Assembly (NCBI GenBank): GCA_043738235.1
Contig: JAYSZC010000383.1
Span: 1 to 36,040, forward strand
DNA from: Lewinellaceae bacterium
GTDB taxonomy: Bacteria > Bacteroidota > Bacteroidia > Chitinophagales > Saprospiraceae
Direction of reading: 5' to 3'
Length of the DNA: 36,040 bases
Below are positions 27,501 to 35,162 of this stretch, piece by piece (position 1 is the first letter of the stretch; the number at the start of each line of letters is the position of its first letter). A model generated the notes under the pieces. That model searched no databases, had not been told where the DNA came from, and saw only the letters and a program-made list of their open reading frames with translations. The translations under genes and the position numbers were made by a program.

Positions 27501-27914
27501 TCTGATGAGGATATCCAAAAAGCCGGACATTTGACAGCAACCTATATGGCGACTGCCCTTTTTATCAATCAAGGCGGACAATCGCTGCGCTTGCAAACGC
27601 TGCCGGCAGAGGCCCAATATTCGCCTGTTTGCGCCATTGGTATAATTGATGCCAATCAGGACAGTCACCCGGATTTGCTTTTATGCGGTAATAACAGCCA
27701 TGCAAAACTGCGCCTGGGTAAGTTTGATGCCAATTACGGTATGCTGCTGACTGGCGACGGGAAGGGAGGTTTTCAGTACGTGCCCCAGACACAATCGGGT
27801 CTGAAATTGAAAGGAGATGTACGGAGTGTGTTGTCTATTGGCAAAACGGTGTTGTTTGGCATCAACCAAAGCGCTCTTGTTTCTTATCAACTTAATAACC
27901 ACAATGGGTTATGA
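24549..27914 (+). CDS. FG-GAP/VCBS-repeat protein with central UnbV/ASPIC domain (CRTAC1-like), probable lipoprotein
   Basis: 1121-aa ORF with the leader …FLSCLLWQCG. Repeated Ca-binding-like FG-GAP/VCBS motifs are present: DFNGDGLIDLY, DYDRDGDLDML, DVNNDGWADIV, DYDNDGWKDLF, DLDNDGDLDLV, DANGDGFPDLY. The UnbV/ASPIC block is GIGAGVTIFAQGRQQTLEQQCARGYLSAVSPLLHFGLGQATHVDSLVVTWPNG. Confidence 0.8.
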   Translation: MKKRTLGERNLFLSVTFLSCLLWQCGRDKTQETVSPPPPANTLFSLLSPAETGVNFQNTLTEGPNTNILVYEYFYNGGGVAAGDFNGDGLIDLYFTANMETNRFYLNQGGMKFKDVTELSGAAGRPGPWKTGVSLVDINGDQKLDLYVSYSGMLPEPKRANQLFINLGNDANGVPRFEDQAAAYGLASTGFSNQAYFFDYDRDGDLDMLLLNHSPKSLPMLTETGNAEMLKQDDPNQGLRLFRQDKGHFTDVTQAAGISGSPLSYGLGLGIADVNRDDWPDFYVSNDYAVPDYLYINNKNGTFTDRLGQSLGHNSQFSMGNDVADVNNDGWADIVTLDMLPEDNRRQKLLLAPDNYAKYDLNVRSSFHHQFMRNMLQLNNGNGTFSEIGQLAGISNTDWSWAALLADYDNDGWKDLFVTNGYYRDYTNLDFIHYMDDVVQAKGRLQREDVLEIIQHMPASDVSNYLFANQDGQSFVNKSQDWGVARPSNSNGAAYADLDNDGDLDLVVNNVNQPAFVYRNEAQRQPNRHYLQIQLQETGGNTQGIGAGVTIFAQGRQQTLEQQCARGYLSAVSPLLHFGLGQATHVDSLVVTWPNGRQQILTNVPVDQKLILQAKDAGRPAQKLPVQSPVFRKTTPPFQFQQVTSTVRDFDRQNLLICELSFTGPCLVKGDVNGDKREDILVGGAAGQALTLYLQESGGRFSNKAIPAFEADKACTDADLALFDANGDGFPDLYAASGGYNQLTDQDPLLLDRLYLNDGKGHFTRDAEALPDFRASKGCVAVGDCNRDGHPDLFVGGRVVPGRYPEAPGSALLINDGKGHFSDQTNAWAPQLRNMSMVTDAVWVDLDQDGQQELVIVGEWLPISVYAVQGGKLEDRTLQYFGNSYRGWWNTLEVADLNHDQKPDLIAGNMGLNTQFKVSDTEPAELYYRDFDGNGSVDPIFCFFIQGKSYPYVTRDELGKQLPRMRARFTSYESYADATLKDMFSDEDIQKAGHLTATYMATALFINQGGQSLRLQTLPAEAQYSPVCAIGIIDANQDSHPDLLLCGNNSHAKLRLGKFDANYGMLLTGDGKGGFQYVPQTQSGLKLKGDVRSVLSIGKTVLFGINQSALVSYQLNNHNGL

Positions 27915-29248
27915 AAAGGCCCTTCTATGTACTCATATTGCTTGTTTTAAGCATCGCAGGCTGTCGCCGGCTCAATCCTCCCCCCACAGAAGCAGCAGTC
28001 GCCGGCGCCTGGGCAGACATGACGCTTCGCATTACCCGATACACGCCTGCCAATTCGCCTACCTTCGCGTCGAGGGCTTTGGGCTATATTGGACTTACGA
28101 TGTACGAATCCATTGTACACGGATACCCGGAATATCAAAGTATGGCCGCGCAATTGAACGGATTGGATAGTTTGCCTTGGCCGCAAGCAGGTGTCTCATA
28201 TGACTGGGAACTGGCTTTAAACGCAGGTCAGGCTTATATCCTCAAAAATATTTACCAACAAACTTCCGACGCCAACAAACATAGTATTGATTCTTTAGAA
28301 GCCCTGTTTTTTGATTATTTGTCAAGAAAAGAGACTCAAAAAGAAACAGTGGCACGCTCGGTCGCTTATGGTCGGGGAGTAGCTGCTGCCATTTTTGAAT
28401 GGTCTAAAACAGATGGCGGTCACCGTGGTTATTTGAAAAACTTCGACAAGTCTTTCGAACCTCCCAAACATCCGGGTGGCTGGCGCCCTCCGATGTATGC
28501 GCAATCTTTTAGCCACCATCCCCTGCACCCGCATTGGGGTCGGAATCGGACATTCCTCCGGCAAGACGCCCTATTGGCCACGCCGGCAATGATACCCTGC
28601 GATACCACTCAAAACTCGGCCTACTACCGGCAGTTTAAGCTTGTATATGAAAAGAAGCTGACTCAGGAAGAAAAAGAAATCGCCCTTTGGTGGGCCGACG
28701 ACCCCAGCGAGACCTTTACACCGCCCGGTCATTCCTATTATCTGGCAACTATTGTATTGCGAAAAACCAACCCGCCATTGATCTTATGGGCAGAAACGTA
28801 TGCCCGGACTGGAATAGCGGTCGCTGATGCCTTCATTAATTGCTGGAAATGGAAGTACTACTACTTTACGGAAAGGCCCAATACCTTCATCCCCCACTTT
28901 ATTGACCAGGAATGGGAGTCTTTTTGGCCCGACCCACCTTTCCCGGCTTTCCCATCTGGTCACGCCATTCAGTCGGCAGCGGCAGCTATTGTGTTAACCG
29001 ATTTGTTCGGCGAGCCTTTCTCCTTTACTGACAGTGCACATGTGGGTCGGCCTCCCGACGAACTCCGCCAGGTGGAATTCAAGGCGCGTTCGTACAAGTC
29101 TTTTTGGGAAGTAGCCGTCGAAACCGCCAACTCCCGTTTTTACGGCGGCATTCACACGCCTCAGGACAACCATGCCGGCCAGGAAGCCGGAGTGCTCATT
29201 GGGAAAAATGTAAATGCGCTGCGGTGGCGAAAGAAAACACAGGGATAG
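27911..29248 (+). CDS. vanadium-haloperoxidase-like / PAP2-superfamily lipoprotein
   Basis: 445-aa ORF with the lipobox leader MKRPFYVLILLVLSIAGC. The tripartite PAP2/VHPO signature is intact: KWKYYYFTERP (K…RP), PSGHA, SRFYGGIHTPQD (SR…H…D). Its start overlaps the upstream stop as ATGA (27911-27914). Confidence 0.75.
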   Translation: MKRPFYVLILLVLSIAGCRRLNPPPTEAAVAGAWADMTLRITRYTPANSPTFASRALGYIGLTMYESIVHGYPEYQSMAAQLNGLDSLPWPQAGVSYDWELALNAGQAYILKNIYQQTSDANKHSIDSLEALFFDYLSRKETQKETVARSVAYGRGVAAAIFEWSKTDGGHRGYLKNFDKSFEPPKHPGGWRPPMYAQSFSHHPLHPHWGRNRTFLRQDALLATPAMIPCDTTQNSAYYRQFKLVYEKKLTQEEKEIALWWADDPSETFTPPGHSYYLATIVLRKTNPPLILWAETYARTGIAVADAFINCWKWKYYYFTERPNTFIPHFIDQEWESFWPDPPFPAFPSGHAIQSAAAAIVLTDLFGEPFSFTDSAHVGRPPDELRQVEFKARSYKSFWEVAVETANSRFYGGIHTPQDNHAGQEAGVLIGKNVNALRWRKKTQG

Positions 29249-29370
29249 AAGGAGTTGTGTAAAAATCTTGATTTTGATTTTTGACACAATCCATAAAAGC
29301 ACCTAAACGAAGTATAATCTCAAAATTCGAACTTCGAGTGCCGGTTTTGCTTCGTTACTGAAAATGTAAA

Positions 29371-31119
29371 ATGATCCGAGCGTTTAAAAACACTTTTTTA
29401 TCTGCTTTCAATAAGGCAATATGCATTGTCATGCTGCTTCAAAGCCATCCGGTTATTGGGCAAACACCGCCGGCCGCTACCCCTTTTGTGGATATCACCG
29501 AAGCAGCAGGTATCAAGCACCAATTCGCCGTTTATGAAGGAATGTTTGGCGGCGGTATCTGTGTTTTTGACCTGAATAAAGACGGGTTCGAAGATGTGTT
29601 TATCACGGGCGGGATGAACGACGATCAACTTTACCTCAATCAGGGCAACGGCACATTTCGCAATGCTTATGAAGGGTCGGGGCTGGAATTGAGCAAAAGG
29701 TTCGTCACCCAAGGCGCCGTCGGAGCCGATGTCAACCGCGACGGCTGGGTTGATCTGTTCGTGACCACCCTGACTTCCAGGGATACTTTTCCGCAAATAC
29801 CACGCGCACGTAACCTGCTGTTTCTCAACAACGGCAACGGCACTTTTCGGGATGCCACCGATGAATACGGGCTGACCAACTTGTATTCCTTTAGCACAGG
29901 CGCCGGTTTTAGCGATTTCAATGCCGACGGTTGGCCCGACCTGTATGTAGGTAATTACTTTGTCGGCTACGAGGGTAAATTATCATACCTCAGTGACGCG
30001 ACCATTGCCGGGGCAAACCAAACGGCCAAAGGTTATTTGCTGCGCAACGAAATGGGCCGGTCTTTCAAAGATGTATATGCTCTTTACGACCTCAAGCACC
30101 GCGGATTCGGTTTTGGCGGGGTATTCACCGATTACGACAATGACGGGGATCAGGACTTGATTGTCAACCACGATTTTGGTTACAAGGCTGTGCCGAGTTA
30201 CATGTTTGAAAACAAATACCCCTGGCGCTCTTTTAAGGACGTGAGCAAGGCAACCGAAATGAATCTGAAAATTAACGCCATGGGCGCCGCAGTGGGCGAT
30301 TATAACGAAGACGGGTGGATGGATTATTATGTCACCAATATCCGCTTCAATCGCTTCATGGTCAGCCAGGGACCGGGTAAACCCTTCGTAGATAAATCCA
30401 AAGAACTGGGTATGCGCTATGTATCCATTAGTTGGGGAGCCAATTTTGCGGATTTTGACCAGGACGGCGACCTGGATTTGTATGTATCCAATGGAGACCT
30501 CAACCCCTACTGCGTACCCATGGCAGATTTTTATTTTGAAAATGAAAAGGGTGTTTTTATGGAAAAAGCCCGCGCTATGGGTTTAAACGATTACGGTATC
30601 GGGCGCGGCTCTGTAGCATTCGACATCGAAAATGACGGTGATCTCGACATATTGGTGGTCAATCAGAAGCCCATGTCCGACTACCCGGTACCCTCAACGA
30701 CCCGGCTTTATCGCAACGACGCGGCCAAAGGAAATTGGCTGAAAGTTGCACTGTCCGGCACGGAGGCTGAAAGCCATGGCCTCGGTTCGCGCATCATGGT
30801 TGTGGCCGGTGGGCATCACTTCATTCGGGAAATTGACGGCGGAAGTTCAAGCCACCTCTCACAAAACTCTACCATCGCCCATTTTGGACTGGGGAATGCC
30901 GGCATCGTGGATTCTGTCATGGTGACCTGGACGGGCGGCAAACTGCAAATCCTGACAAACCAATCTGTGAATACACTACTCACCGTTATAGAGGCAAAAG
31001 GCACACGTTCCTGGTCATGGGTTTATGTCTTGGTCAGTTTGGGCGTGTTGCTTGGTTTCTATGTTTGGTGGAGAAGAAAAAAGGCAGCCTGTATTTCAGC
31101 ACAAAACCGATACCTTTAG
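29371..31119 (+). CDS. FG-GAP/VCBS-repeat + UnbV/ASPIC protein (CRTAC1-like) with a C-terminal membrane anchor
   Basis: 582-aa ORF with an N-terminal signal. FG-GAP-like motifs are DLNKDGFEDVF, DVNRDGWVDLF, DFNADGWPDLY, DYDNDGDQDLI, DYNEDGWMDYY, DFDQDGDLDLY and DIENDGDLDIL. The ASPIC block is GLGSRIMVVAGGHHFIREIDGGSSSHLSQNSTIAHFGLG…VTWTGG. The C-terminal hydrophobic helix WSWVYVLVSLGVLLGFYVWW is followed by RRKK. Confidence 0.8.
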   Translation: MIRAFKNTFLSAFNKAICIVMLLQSHPVIGQTPPAATPFVDITEAAGIKHQFAVYEGMFGGGICVFDLNKDGFEDVFITGGMNDDQLYLNQGNGTFRNAYEGSGLELSKRFVTQGAVGADVNRDGWVDLFVTTLTSRDTFPQIPRARNLLFLNNGNGTFRDATDEYGLTNLYSFSTGAGFSDFNADGWPDLYVGNYFVGYEGKLSYLSDATIAGANQTAKGYLLRNEMGRSFKDVYALYDLKHRGFGFGGVFTDYDNDGDQDLIVNHDFGYKAVPSYMFENKYPWRSFKDVSKATEMNLKINAMGAAVGDYNEDGWMDYYVTNIRFNRFMVSQGPGKPFVDKSKELGMRYVSISWGANFADFDQDGDLDLYVSNGDLNPYCVPMADFYFENEKGVFMEKARAMGLNDYGIGRGSVAFDIENDGDLDILVVNQKPMSDYPVPSTTRLYRNDAAKGNWLKVALSGTEAESHGLGSRIMVVAGGHHFIREIDGGSSSHLSQNSTIAHFGLGNAGIVDSVMVTWTGGKLQILTNQSVNTLLTVIEAKGTRSWSWVYVLVSLGVLLGFYVWWRRKKAACISAQNRYL

Positions 31120-31145
31120 GCTGAAACCCAACTTTTTGCCGTACG

Positions 31146-32036
31146 ATGGAAGTATTCCGCAAATATTTTAGCGAATCCCAACTGAAAGACCTGGAAGAAT
31201 CGGGTCCCAACTGGGGCGTAAATGTGCATACCGTCGGGCACTACGTACATCCTCCCCGGCGGGCGTACCCCGACCCGGAGCATCCATCCACGTATGTGTT
31301 TCAGTGGGAAAAAGGGCGACGCCTGCAGGAATTTCAAATGGTTTACATCGCCAGCGGAAGAGGCATTTACGAAGGCGACGGCCTGGAGCCGATTGCCATT
31401 GAGGCCGGCACGCTGATGATGCATTTCCCGGAAGTATGGCACCGCTACAAACCCTTGCCGGAAACTGGGTGGGAGGAATTCTGGGTGGGTTTTGACGGGC
31501 ATTTTGCCGAATACCTGATGGGACAGGAATGCTTCGACCCTCAAAAACCTCTCATCAGCATCGGGTTTAACGCAGAGTTCCTCAACATTTTTCTACGCCT
31601 GATCGACACGGTGAAATACGAAGGTGTGGCTTTCCGCCAGATTTCATCCTGCCTCGTGATCCAGATGCTCGGACTGGTGTACGCTTCGGCTTTGATGCAC
31701 GGCAAAACCAAACTCCGGCAGGAACAAATCATCCAGGCCGTCCGGTTCAAAATACACGAAAACTGGGAACGCAACCTCGATTTCGAAGCCATTGCGGCGG
31801 AGCAAAATGTGAGTTACGAATGGTTCCGGAAAACCTTCAAGGATGTGCTGGGCACCTCGCCCGGACAATACCTGCTCCACCTGAAAATTGAAAAAACCGG
31901 CCAGATGCTGCGGGAAACATCGCTGACCATTGCGGAAATAGCCGACAAAGCGGGTTTTGAATCGGAGTTTTACTTTTCCCGGATTTTTAAAAAGAAAATG
32001 GGGCAGACGCCGAGCGCATTCCGGAAAAAAGGCTGA
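31146..32036 (+). CDS. AraC-family transcriptional regulator (cupin-like sensor + HTH), candidate rhamnose/locus regulator
   Basis: 296-aa ORF with an N-terminal cupin-like half. The C-terminal dual HTH includes NVSYEWFRKTFKDVLGTSPGQYLL and IAEIADKAGFESEFYFSRIFKKKMGQTPSAFRK. Rhamnose regulons in Bacteroidetes are known to use AraC-type regulators, but orthology was not tested. Confidence 0.8.
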   Translation: MEVFRKYFSESQLKDLEESGPNWGVNVHTVGHYVHPPRRAYPDPEHPSTYVFQWEKGRRLQEFQMVYIASGRGIYEGDGLEPIAIEAGTLMMHFPEVWHRYKPLPETGWEEFWVGFDGHFAEYLMGQECFDPQKPLISIGFNAEFLNIFLRLIDTVKYEGVAFRQISSCLVIQMLGLVYASALMHGKTKLRQEQIIQAVRFKIHENWERNLDFEAIAAEQNVSYEWFRKTFKDVLGTSPGQYLLHLKIEKTGQMLRETSLTIAEIADKAGFESEFYFSRIFKKKMGQTPSAFRKKG

Positions 32037-32070
32037 TACTTTTGTTGTGTACTTCACGCCGCTAAATTTT

Positions 32071-32111
32071 GGCTACGTTTACTAAACTTTTGAAGTTTAG
32101 TAAACGTAGCC
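32071..32111 (+). terminator. 19-bp perfect-stem hairpin after the AraC gene
   Basis: ggctacgtttactaaactt-ttg-aagtttagtaaacgtagcc, 35 nt after the stop codon. Confidence 0.6.
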
Positions 32112-32223
32112 TCGGTTGAGCATACGCACAAAACCCGGCGGCGCGAGGTATAAAATTTGAATAGTAATTTTTTTAGGTTATTTTTGCGGAGTCAATACCT
32201 AATTATTAATACATTTTTGCGGT

Positions 32224-33441
32224 ATGAATACCGAAAAAATTTACAAGCTACTCGATCAATCCAACTTGCTGCTTGCAAACACCAGAACAACGCACGACCG
32301 ATTTCTGATGCGGGACTTGCCCTGGGATTGGCGTTTGCTCGGTATAAAAGGCGCAAGGGGTGTTGGTAAAACCACCTTACTGCTTCAAAGGCTGCAATTG
32401 GAGCAATCGGCCGGGCAAAAAGCAGTTTATCTGACACTCGACGATGTGCATTTCGGCACACAAGGGTTGAGAGAAACGGTCGAGGCATTGCTGCAAATTG
32501 GTTACAAGCGATTTTTTCTGGACGAAGTACACAAATACCCCGGGTGGGCGCAACACCTTAAAAATCTGTACGATTTTCATCCTGATATCCAGATTGTGTT
32601 TAGCGGTTCGTCAATTGTCGAATTGGGCCGACAATTTGTGGATCTAAGCCGACGGGCCATTATGCACGAACTGCCTGGCCTTTCATTCCGGGAGTACCTG
32701 ATTTTCCGGGAAGTGCCGGAGGTTCCGGAGGCTTTTACACTGGAAGATATTTTCAAGCACCACCGGGAAATTGCTAGCGGGATTTCTCAAAAAATAAAAC
32801 CGTTCGAATTTTTTGCCGACTATCTCAAATCGGGCTATTACCCTTTTTTCCTCGAAAATCCGGCGCTTATTTCGGTCCGTTTGCGGCAGTTAGTGCGCCT
32901 TGTACTCGACGTTGATTTGGCTGGTTCAGAAGAAGGCGGCAGGATTTATCAAGTGCATAAATTGGGGCAATTGCTGCAAATTATTGCCGAATCCGTGCCA
33001 TTCAAACCCAATCTCCAAAATCTCGCCCGTTCACTCGAAATAGATCGCGACACCGTCAGCCGTTATCTGCGGCACCTGCACGACGCACGACTCATTGCCT
33101 TGCTATATGCCGAGTTGCAAGGTGTTTTTTCACTTCAAAAACCGGAGAAAATCTACCTGCAAAATACCGCCATCGCCCATGCTCTTATGCCTGTCGGGCA
33201 ACCCGATCCCGGAAGCCTGCGGGAAACGTTTTTCCTCAGTCAAGTGTCGGCAAAGCATCAGGTCAACTATCCTGCTTCCGGGGATTTTTTGATTGACCAG
33301 AAGTACACCGTCGAGGTTGGTGGAAAAGGCAAAAAACTCAGGCAAATCGCAGAAACACCCAACAGTTTTCTTGCACTTGATGATTTGCCCATTGGATTTG
33401 AACGGCAGGTGCCTTTGTGGCTGTTTGGGTTTTTGTACTAA
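32224..33441 (+). CDS. AAA+ superfamily ATPase, COG1373-like (second paralogue in the window)
   Basis: 405-aa ORF. It has Walker A GARGVGKTT, Walker B-like FFLDEVH, a wHTH-like segment (RDTVSRYLRHLHDARLI), and a C-terminal GDFLID…YTVEVGGKGK motif. The 10-mer ATTTTTGCGG is repeated upstream at 32180-32189 and 32213-32222. Confidence 0.75.
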   Translation: MNTEKIYKLLDQSNLLLANTRTTHDRFLMRDLPWDWRLLGIKGARGVGKTTLLLQRLQLEQSAGQKAVYLTLDDVHFGTQGLRETVEALLQIGYKRFFLDEVHKYPGWAQHLKNLYDFHPDIQIVFSGSSIVELGRQFVDLSRRAIMHELPGLSFREYLIFREVPEVPEAFTLEDIFKHHREIASGISQKIKPFEFFADYLKSGYYPFFLENPALISVRLRQLVRLVLDVDLAGSEEGGRIYQVHKLGQLLQIIAESVPFKPNLQNLARSLEIDRDTVSRYLRHLHDARLIALLYAELQGVFSLQKPEKIYLQNTAIAHALMPVGQPDPGSLRETFFLSQVSAKHQVNYPASGDFLIDQKYTVEVGGKGKKLRQIAETPNSFLALDDLPIGFERQVPLWLFGFLY

Positions 33442-33461
33442 TTTTGAAGCGGCACGCCGCC

Positions 33462-35154
33462 TCAGGCATCGATCAAAACCGAATGAACGAAAATTCTCGT
33501 TTTAGTGAGCGGTTCATTAGCAAGCAAAGCATCATACAGTATCTCTACAGGGTGCAAACTCCTCCTCCCCGTTCCATCTTTGATCTGATGCCGGCAACTG
33601 GTGCCCGCCGCAGCAATAACGACCGAATCGGTTTCCGCCCGCACTGTCGGAAATAAAACCAGTTCGCCTACCTGCATGGACACTTCATAATGCTCCTGTT
33701 CATATCCGAAGGAACCCGCCAGGCCACAACAGCCCGAGGGAATGGCGGTCACTTCGTAATTTTCAGGTAGGGAAAGGGCTTTCAGCGAGGGCGTTAAAGA
33801 AGACAGGGCTTTCTGATGGCAGTGTCCGTGCAAACGGACCACTTGTTTTTTCGTTGTGAAAGCCGAGGAGCGTATGTTTCCGCTATCTATTTCTTTTGCA
33901 AACCATTCTTCAAACAGAAAGGTATGGCGGGCAATGGCCTGAGCAGCCGCTTGCAATGATTCGGGCACGAGATCCAGGTATTCGTCTCTGAACGTCAGAA
34001 TGGCCGAGGGTTCGATACCGATCAGCGGGGTCGCTTCGGAGATGACATCTTTAAATAATGTCACATTTTGAACGGCTATTTCACCGGCTCTGCGGATCAA
34101 ACCCTTGGACAAATACGTGCGCCCGCTTTCCAAATGAGGGATCATTTCGGGTTGATAACCAAGTTTTTGCAAGAGCAGGATCAGTTTTTTGCCTATTTCC
34201 ACATCATTGTACTGGCTGAATTCATCACAAAAAACATACACTTTGCGCGGCTGCTCCTGCCGCTTTTTCTTAAAATCCGAATCATACCAGTTGCTCAAAG
34301 TCTGTGCAGCCAAAACGGGCATCATACGTTCGGGATGAAAACCCACCGCACGGTTCAGCAACCGACGCAGGGCGGGCGTTTCAACCATAAAATTGTACAT
34401 CCGGGGCGCGATGGACGCTAATTTCATTTGCCGGGAAAAATCGCCGATCAGCCGACTGCGGAAAGGAATCCCGTGCCGGTCATAGTAGCGCTGCATGAAT
34501 TCGCCTTTCATTTTAGCGACATCCACGCTGGAGGGGCATTCCGATTTGCAGGCCTTGCAGGAAAGACACAGGTCGAGAATTTCCCTGACTTCGTGGTCGC
34601 TCACCGTTGGCGTATCTTCATTGCTCAGGTATTGACGGAGCATGTTGGCCCTCGCCCTGGTCGTATCGCGTTCGCTGCGGGTGGCCATATAACTGGGGCA
34701 CATGGTGCCAACCACTGGAGTTATTTCCGATCATACCGCCGATCATGGCTCGGTTAGCCGTGGAGGTTTCGGGGCCGAACATCAATCCGTATGGTTTGAG
34801 GAAAGCGTTCAGATCATCCCTGATAACGCCGGGCTGCACCCGAACCCATTTTTTCGCGGTATTGATCTCCAGAATTTGGTTGAGGTATTTTGAAATATCC
34901 ACCACTACCCCACTGCCGACCACCTGGCCTGCCAAAGAAGTGCCCGCAGCCCGGGGAATCAGGGATATGTTGTGCTGCGCCGCAAACCGAACCAACGTTT
35001 TTATATCATCCGTATGCCGGGGCAAAACCACAGCCATCGGTTTTTCCTGGTACTCGGAGGCATCGGTGGCATACACCCGTTTGATGGCTTCGTCGACCGT
35101 AGAATCTTTATAATAGAGTTCTCCGGATAGTTGCGATTGTAATGGTTCAAACAT
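33462..35154 (-). pseudogene. FAD-binding (PCMH/GlcD-type) + Fe-S/CCG-domain oxidoreductase, disrupted by an apparent large internal deletion with frameshift
   Basis: Two overlapping ORFs lie in different frames, 34618-35154 and 33462-34715. The 5' ORF carries the start of an FAD_binding_4-like domain (PRAAGTSLAGQ…ANRAMIGGMIGNNSSG) and then runs into nonsense. The 3' ORF begins abruptly at …GTMCPSYMATRSERDTTRARANMLR, followed by CLSCKACKSECP and CCG-type repeats (SGCCG). The rest of the FAD domain, the FAD-oxidase C domain and the first Cys cluster are missing. Intact relatives are about 950-1000 aa by my recollection, against about 560 aa here. Confidence 0.6.
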
Positions 35155-35162
35155 GGATTTGC

